Source of the DNA: a virus | Taxonomy: Duplodnaviria > Caudoviricetes | DNA: 64,000 nucleotides | IMG/VR virus record: IMGVR_UViG_3300007513_000031 | Location: 8 to 64,007 of that record | Direction: 5' to 3' (one strand) | Part shown: piece by piece, positions 58,679 through 64,000 of the stretch | Position numbering within the stretch: position 1 is the first letter of the stretch | Layout of the letters: every line of letters begins with the position of its first letter | Notes under the pieces: model-generated | The model's database searches: none | The model's input: the letters and a program-made list of their open reading frames with translations, nothing else | Told to the model about the DNA's origin: nothing | Program-made: the position numbers and the translations under genes

Positions 58679-59538
58679 AATATAAAATCATAACAACATT
58701 TAAACCTGGTGATTGGGACAAGTACGCAAAACGTATGGTACAATCTGTACTTGACAAATGGCCTAATGCTGATATAACTGTTTACTATCAAGATCAAAAA
58801 CCTGATTTTAATCAAAACGTTACTTGGGTTGATATAGATAAAGCAAATTCAGACTTACATAAATTTAGAGAAAAATATAAAAGCGATCCAGTTGCTATAG
58901 GAAAACTTAATGAGATTCCTGGTGGGGTTAGACGTTCTCTACGTTTAGCAACAGAAGGCGGACTTGATGCAAAGAAAGAATCATACTTATGGAACGCAGT
59001 TAAGTTTAGTTACAAGGTATCTTGTGTTACACACGCAGTAAAAACATATAATGATTATGATTACGTAATTTGGATTGACGACGACACATACACATTTAGA
59101 GATATACCAATAGAATTTATAGAAAGTATATGCCCTGATGATACATTGGTTACGTACCTTGGTCGAGAACGTAATATAAAAGATAACAAATATCCCGAGT
59201 GTGGACTTGTTTGTTATAATATTAACCATCCGCTTATACAAAACTTTGTTACAGATTGGGAAAACCTTTATACATCAGCAAATATATTTGACTTATTAGA
59301 ATGGCATGACTCGTATGTGTTCTGGCACATGACTAAGGAGTACAGACAAAAACACAATGCAAAAGTAAATGATATAGGTTATGCTAAAGGTGTAAGAGGA
59401 CATCACGTATTTGTAAATAGTGAACTTGGGCTTTATATTGATCATTTTAAAGGAGATAGAAAAGATACTAAAAGTTCACGTGCAGAGGACATTAAAAAAA
59501 GTTCCATTGCAACGGTTGATTATTGGAAAAACAAATGA
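58675..59538 (+). CDS. Glycosyltransferase (GT-A fold)
   Basis: WNAVKFSYKV, WIDDDT (DxD), YLGR, ECG, EWHDSYVF, DHFKG. Confidence 0.7.
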   Translation: MKYKIITTFKPGDWDKYAKRMVQSVLDKWPNADITVYYQDQKPDFNQNVTWVDIDKANSDLHKFREKYKSDPVAIGKLNEIPGGVRRSLRLATEGGLDAKKESYLWNAVKFSYKVSCVTHAVKTYNDYDYVIWIDDDTYTFRDIPIEFIESICPDDTLVTYLGRERNIKDNKYPECGLVCYNINHPLIQNFVTDWENLYTSANIFDLLEWHDSYVFWHMTKEYRQKHNAKVNDIGYAKGVRGHHVFVNSELGLYIDHFKGDRKDTKSSRAEDIKKSSIATVDYWKNK

Positions 59539-60404
59539 AAATAAGTGTTTATACCAAATTTGGTCCTATTAATTCTAAAAACGTTTTTGAAGCGTTTATA
59601 GAGAGTTTAAAAAAAGCTGGAGATGAAATACAACTAAACGAAGATAAAAATAGTGATGTTGCTGTAATATGGTCAGTATTATGGCAAGGACGAATGCTTG
59701 GATACCAAAAAACTTGGAACGAATGCCAAAATAAAAATAAACCAGTTGTAGTTCTTGAAGTTGGGGGTATTAAAAGAAATGAAACATTTAAAGTTGGAAT
59801 TAATGGCGTTAATAGAGAAGCAGATTTTGCTAATGAAAACGTTGCTGAAGAACGTTGGAAAAAATTTAATATAGAAATGAAACCATGGAAGTCAACTGGC
59901 GATACAATTATAATATGCGGACAACACCACAAAAGCCACCAATGGAGAAACAATCCTTCTATGAATGTGTGGTTTGAACAACAAATAAACGAGATAAGAA
60001 AGTATACTGATCGTAAAATTTTAGTAAGACCTCATCCAAGAAACCCTATAGGATTAGATACAACAAAATGGAAAAATGTTTCTTATAACCAACCACAAAG
60101 AGATCACACAACAATTGACGATACTGATTTTAATAAAAAACTAAAAAACGCTTGGGCAGTAGTTAATTATTCAAGTAACCCTGCTATGCAATCTGTGTTT
60201 AATGGGGTACCTGTGTTTGTATCTGAAGCTAGTTTAAGTTATGACGTTGGTAATACTACACTTGCTAATATTAATAATCCAAACAAACCAGATAGACAAA
60301 CTTGGGCAAATCGTTTAGCATATACTGAATGGACAACAGAGGAAATAAAACAAGGATTGCCATGGACAAGAATTAAAAAAAGATTAAAGGAGAAGTATCT
60401 ATAA
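59535..60404 (+). CDS. KpsS/KpsC-like glycosyltransferase paralog
   Basis: VVLEVGG, IIICGQ, LVRPHPR, VVNYSS.PA..S...GVPVF, LAYTEWT.EEI. Confidence 0.6.
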   Translation: MKISVYTKFGPINSKNVFEAFIESLKKAGDEIQLNEDKNSDVAVIWSVLWQGRMLGYQKTWNECQNKNKPVVVLEVGGIKRNETFKVGINGVNREADFANENVAEERWKKFNIEMKPWKSTGDTIIICGQHHKSHQWRNNPSMNVWFEQQINEIRKYTDRKILVRPHPRNPIGLDTTKWKNVSYNQPQRDHTTIDDTDFNKKLKNAWAVVNYSSNPAMQSVFNGVPVFVSEASLSYDVGNTTLANINNPNKPDRQTWANRLAYTEWTTEEIKQGLPWTRIKKRLKEKYL

Positions 60405-60997
60405 TGATGCTAGATTCGGATGCAAAAATAATTTATGTACATATACCACGTACAGGAGGAATCTGGTTTTCGTGTCAGTGGCCAGCACATCATACTATAC
60501 AAACTTTTTTAAAAATCCACGGGTTTGGAAAACACGGAAAACTTTCAGGTATATTAAATAAACTTGATGCTATTGACTATGATTATTCTAATTACAAAAT
60601 AATAACAATAATACGAGAACCAATGGATAGAATTGCTAGTAGTTGGGTGTGGTTTTCTAAAGTAAAAGGCACAGCAGAAAAGCACGGATGGAAAAGTATT
60701 GATGACATGATAGATGAGTATGAAGGAGGAGCAATTAGAGTAAATTATTTGCCACAGACATATTGGTTATGTGAACCAGGAGCAAAGTTTGATATAATTT
60801 ATAGATTTGAAGATTTATTAGAAAATTCATTTTTACCACAAAAAGATTTCCCAACTTTCAATACAAGCGAAACTAGCTCAAAAAAATTATTAAGACAAGG
60901 TCAAAACCGAGTCACACTATTAACACCAACACAAAAAGAAAGGATTAAAAAAGTTTATAAAGACGATTTTGATTATTATGAACGAAGCAGACATTAA
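60404..60997 (+). CDS. Sulfotransferase family 2 protein
   Basis: YVHIPRTGG, IREPMDRIAS.W, PQ..W, RFEDL, VYKDDF. Confidence 0.8.
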   Translation: MMLDSDAKIIYVHIPRTGGIWFSCQWPAHHTIQTFLKIHGFGKHGKLSGILNKLDAIDYDYSNYKIITIIREPMDRIASSWVWFSKVKGTAEKHGWKSIDDMIDEYEGGAIRVNYLPQTYWLCEPGAKFDIIYRFEDLLENSFLPQKDFPTFNTSETSSKKLLRQGQNRVTLLTPTQKERIKKVYKDDFDYYERSRH

Positions 60998-61727
60998 ACC
61001 CATTGAATGGAAACAATATACTGGCGAGACAGTTAACACCAATCTTATAATTCGAGGTGGAAAAAAATATCAAGAAACTCAATACTACGAAGACAAAGTT
61101 AAAGCAGTACCTAGAGGTAATGCATATATTATCGGAAACGGTCCTTCGCGTAAAGGATTTGACTTAAACAGTTTAAAAGCATCAGGACAAACATATGGTT
61201 GTAATGCTTTGTATAGAGATTTTGTTCCAGACTTTATTTTTAGTGTTGACGCTAAAATGACTAATACCATGGTAAAAGACAAAGTATATGAAAAATGTAT
61301 TCACTATGCTCCTGCACTAGAAGTTAATAGACACCCTCATAAAAATATTAGTAACTCATATCTACATTTGGTTCCAAACAATCCACACTGGATATCAGGT
61401 AATCAAGCATTTTGGACTGCCTGTGTACATGGACATAAAAACATTTATTTGCTTGGGTTTGATTTCCGTGAGTTCGGAAAAGATCAATTAAACAACATAT
61501 ATCAAGATACTGAAAATTATGGGCCAAGACATAACGATGTTATTTTTGAAACTTGGCTGAGTCAATTTAGACAAATACAAAAAATGAGACCATATTGTAA
61601 TTGGACTGTTGTACATAATGACCCACCAGACTATTTGAAAGTGTCTAATCCGAGTGCTAATTTTGGAAAATTTAAAATATTAAATTATAAAGAATTTAAC
61701 GATACAGTTTTAAACCAACCCTCTTAA
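60978..61727 (+). CDS. DUF115/MptE-like (Maf-type) putative glycosyltransferase
   Basis: AYIIGNGPSR, YGCNALYRDF.PD...SVD, IYLLGFD; paralog of 1250. Confidence 0.6.
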   Translation: MNEADIKPIEWKQYTGETVNTNLIIRGGKKYQETQYYEDKVKAVPRGNAYIIGNGPSRKGFDLNSLKASGQTYGCNALYRDFVPDFIFSVDAKMTNTMVKDKVYEKCIHYAPALEVNRHPHKNISNSYLHLVPNNPHWISGNQAFWTACVHGHKNIYLLGFDFREFGKDQLNNIYQDTENYGPRHNDVIFETWLSQFRQIQKMRPYCNWTVVHNDPPDYLKVSNPSANFGKFKILNYKEFNDTVLNQPS

Positions 61728-62160
61728 AACTTTCTTTAAAAGAATAAAAACTATTGTTATGATTTGAATAAGGATCTTTAATTACAGTCATTTGATATAA
61801 GTGCACCATTTCGTGTGCTAACGTCTCAATAAAGTCTTGCCATGTTGGAAATTTACAATGCAATTGAATACAATAATCAATTGGTATATGATAAGGAATT
61901 ATACGTTGATTAAATTTACCTTTGGGGGTTTTTCTATTATCCCAATTAGCAATACATCTACCCCAGTCATGTTGTAATTTATTAACTTGAATTTGTACAC
62001 CACCTAATCTATTACCAAACAATATTGCGTTCAGTTTTCTAAACCAATGAGCGGCTACTATACTAGTTGGCTTATATTGTTGAATATTTGCCTTTACTAA
62101 TAGCGTCTTTTTTAGTTGTTTTTTCAACGACTTTCGTGTGTTTTTTAAACTCTTTTTCAT
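61696..62160 (-). CDS. SprT-like zinc metalloprotease
   Basis: ETLAHEMVHLYQ (HExxH) and a downstream H...F. Confidence 0.8.
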   Translation of the reverse strand: MKKSLKNTRKSLKKQLKKTLLVKANIQQYKPTSIVAAHWFRKLNAILFGNRLGGVQIQVNKLQHDWGRCIANWDNRKTPKGKFNQRIIPYHIPIDYCIQLHCKFPTWQDFIETLAHEMVHLYQMTVIKDPYSNHNNSFYSFKESFKRVGLKLYR

Positions 62161-62162
62161 AG

Positions 62163-62190
62163 TTGACAATATTACCGTTTATGTTATAAT
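62163..62190 (+). promoter_or_regulatory. Sigma70-like promoter
   Basis: TTGACA-N16-TATAAT with TG extended -10. Confidence 0.7.
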
Positions 62191-62223
62191 ATAATAGTAA
62201 TTATCAAAAATTAAGGTCGAGAA

Positions 62224-63540
62224 ATGCAAACAGTTTTACCAAAAACCATTAATGAAGCACTTAAAATACTAGCATATAATGATTATTTTTATGCTGATCG
62301 TCATAAGAGCCATATTAACCCCCACTATAAAGATAAGGAAACTGTAACATCACTGGCTGAGGCTCAATATCCGTGGACTGAGAAGCAGGCTAAACTTGCA
62401 GTTGTAATACTAAAAAGGTACCTATCTAAATTCCAAAAACACAAAATGGACATAAAACCTTTACTAGATAAACCTGTTTATGACGAACCTTTCCGGGTGA
62501 TTGATTTTGCTAAAAGCATAGAAAAATACAAAGACGAAGAAGAAGAATCGTTAATTGATTTAAAATTTCCTTACAACAAAAAAGTTGTCACACTTATAAG
62601 ACATATTAAGAAAAAATTTTCCCTTCCGACTAGATACGCAAAATACAACGGAGAATCTAAGGTATGGACATTCAAACAAACAGATGTTCTGACATATTAT
62701 CTTACACTAATTGCAATAAGATATGATTTTAAATTTGTTGACGTAACATTACTTGACGATTATTACGAAGTAAGAAACGAAAAAAGAGATTATAAAATTC
62801 CTACTGCAAAATTAATTGGTGGAGAAATTATATTAGAAAATGCTCCAGAGTCCATGATGGAATATTGGAATAAAAATTTAAAAGATAAAAAACCGTTATT
62901 GCAACTTGATGCTTTAAAAAATTTAGGAATTAAAGCAACAAACATTAATGTTGAAGCCAAAACATACACAGCTAAAAAAATTGCAGAACAACACCACCAA
63001 AAACTTTGGATAGATAAACATGAATACAGCCAAGATGAGATTGTAGCAGGACTTAAAGAACTAGATTGTTTCCCTATCTTAATGCCAATTACTGGAGATG
63101 AGACTGATAAAAAAGACATAGACGAACTTTGGACATGGATTAAAACATTTGAACGTAATGGTATTAACATATTAAAAGAACTATCTTGGGGTTTTGATTT
63201 AAAAGAACCTAACGAAGATACCTTGGGTGGGTGGTCAATTAAACGACAATTTGACAAAGAGACTCATGACAAAATGTTTGAGTTACACCAAATGAGTAAA
63301 CAATTTAAATTTATAGACCAAACAACTAAAGTTATATTTGTACGTAACAGAATACCTCGATCATTAATAAAATCAAAAATAAAACCACGTGCCTCGTTAA
63401 TTACATTAGGTGGTGGTTATTATTCTGCAGGCACAGAGAACCTTAAAAGATTACTTGAAAACTTACCTAAAAAGTTGTATTATAGTGATAGTCAGCCAAG
63501 CTCTTGGGATTGGAATGACGACATTGTAATAAAACTATGA
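62224..63540 (+). CDS. Hypothetical protein upstream of UvsW
   Basis: 438 aa ORF; no motif recognised. Confidence 0.65.
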   Translation: MQTVLPKTINEALKILAYNDYFYADRHKSHINPHYKDKETVTSLAEAQYPWTEKQAKLAVVILKRYLSKFQKHKMDIKPLLDKPVYDEPFRVIDFAKSIEKYKDEEEESLIDLKFPYNKKVVTLIRHIKKKFSLPTRYAKYNGESKVWTFKQTDVLTYYLTLIAIRYDFKFVDVTLLDDYYEVRNEKRDYKIPTAKLIGGEIILENAPESMMEYWNKNLKDKKPLLQLDALKNLGIKATNINVEAKTYTAKKIAEQHHQKLWIDKHEYSQDEIVAGLKELDCFPILMPITGDETDKKDIDELWTWIKTFERNGINILKELSWGFDLKEPNEDTLGGWSIKRQFDKETHDKMFELHQMSKQFKFIDQTTKVIFVRNRIPRSLIKSKIKPRASLITLGGGYYSAGTENLKRLLENLPKKLYYSDSQPSSWDWNDDIVIKL

Positions 63541-64000
63541 GTTCATGTAAACTAGTAATAAAAGACGAAGTAAACGTTAAATTTGAAAACTTAGATTTAA
63601 AATGGCGACAAAAACTCGCCAACAAATTTAAATATCAAGTTCCTTATGCTTATCATTTACCGGCAGTTAAACTAGGTAGATGGGATGGCAAAATTAGTTT
63701 TTTTGGGCTTGGTGGTACAACATATCTTAATCTAGTTGATCAAATTCTTCCAATACTTGAAGCTGGAGGAGTATATGTTGAGCTTGATGACAAAAGAATA
63801 AAACATAATTTTGAATTTAAATTAATAGATAAAAATTATCTATCAGATATAACATGGCCAGACAATCATCCTTGTGCTGGGCAACCAATTGTTTTACGTG
63901 ACTACCAAGTAGAAACAATTAATAAATTTTTAGAAGCACCACAAAGCCTACAAGAAATTGCCACTGGTGCAGGTAAAACAATTATTACTGCCGCACTTTG
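63537..64000 (+). CDS. uvsW: SF2 DNA helicase UvsW-like, 3'-truncated
   Basis: Hand-translated MSSCKLVIKDEVNV..GRWDGKISFF..LRDYQ..ATGAGKT. Confidence 0.88.
   Translation, partial: MSSCKLVIKDEVNVKFENLDLKWRQKLANKFKYQVPYAYHLPAVKLGRWDGKISFFGLGGTTYLNLVDQILPILEAGGVYVELDDKRIKHNFEFKLIDKNYLSDITWPDNHPCAGQPIVLRDYQVETINKFLEAPQSLQEIATGAGKTIITAAL

Noticed and set aside
1-64000. Alternative genetic code, inteins, introns or a diversity-generating retroelement
   Set aside because: Core genes (capsid, terminase, UvsX, sheath) are full length in the standard code with no intein motifs; no RT or template/variable repeat pair seen

Overview
A 64 kb AT-rich segment of a large T4-like (myovirus) phage genome. 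The host is probably a marine alphaproteobacterium such as SAR11 (inferred from AT content and host-like ferredoxin and cold-shock genes). In order, it carries: the head module (portal, partial; prohead core; gp21 protease; scaffold; major capsid); a large tail-fibre/baseplate-appendage cluster; neck gp13/gp14/gp15; sheath, tube, gp4 and terminase; gp32/UvsX/UvsY; a ~13.5 kb glycan-modification island (glycosyltransferases, KpsS/KpsC-like paralogs, FkbM methylases, sulfotransferases, an AsnB-like amidotransferase, ferredoxin); and the start of UvsW. Features not explained by standard annotation: two unannotated Cys-rich micro-ORFs, one lying between two late radical SAM genes; structured RNA leaders that start at predicted late-promoter start sites, two sharing an AUAACCA loop; a recurring pattern of TAAATA 5-8 nt before ATG with no Shine-Dalgarno (putative leaderless late mRNAs); and acidic head proteins sharing an 'I-x-x-L-A-G' motif with the scaffold. 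All product calls come from motif recognition and synteny; no database searches were run.
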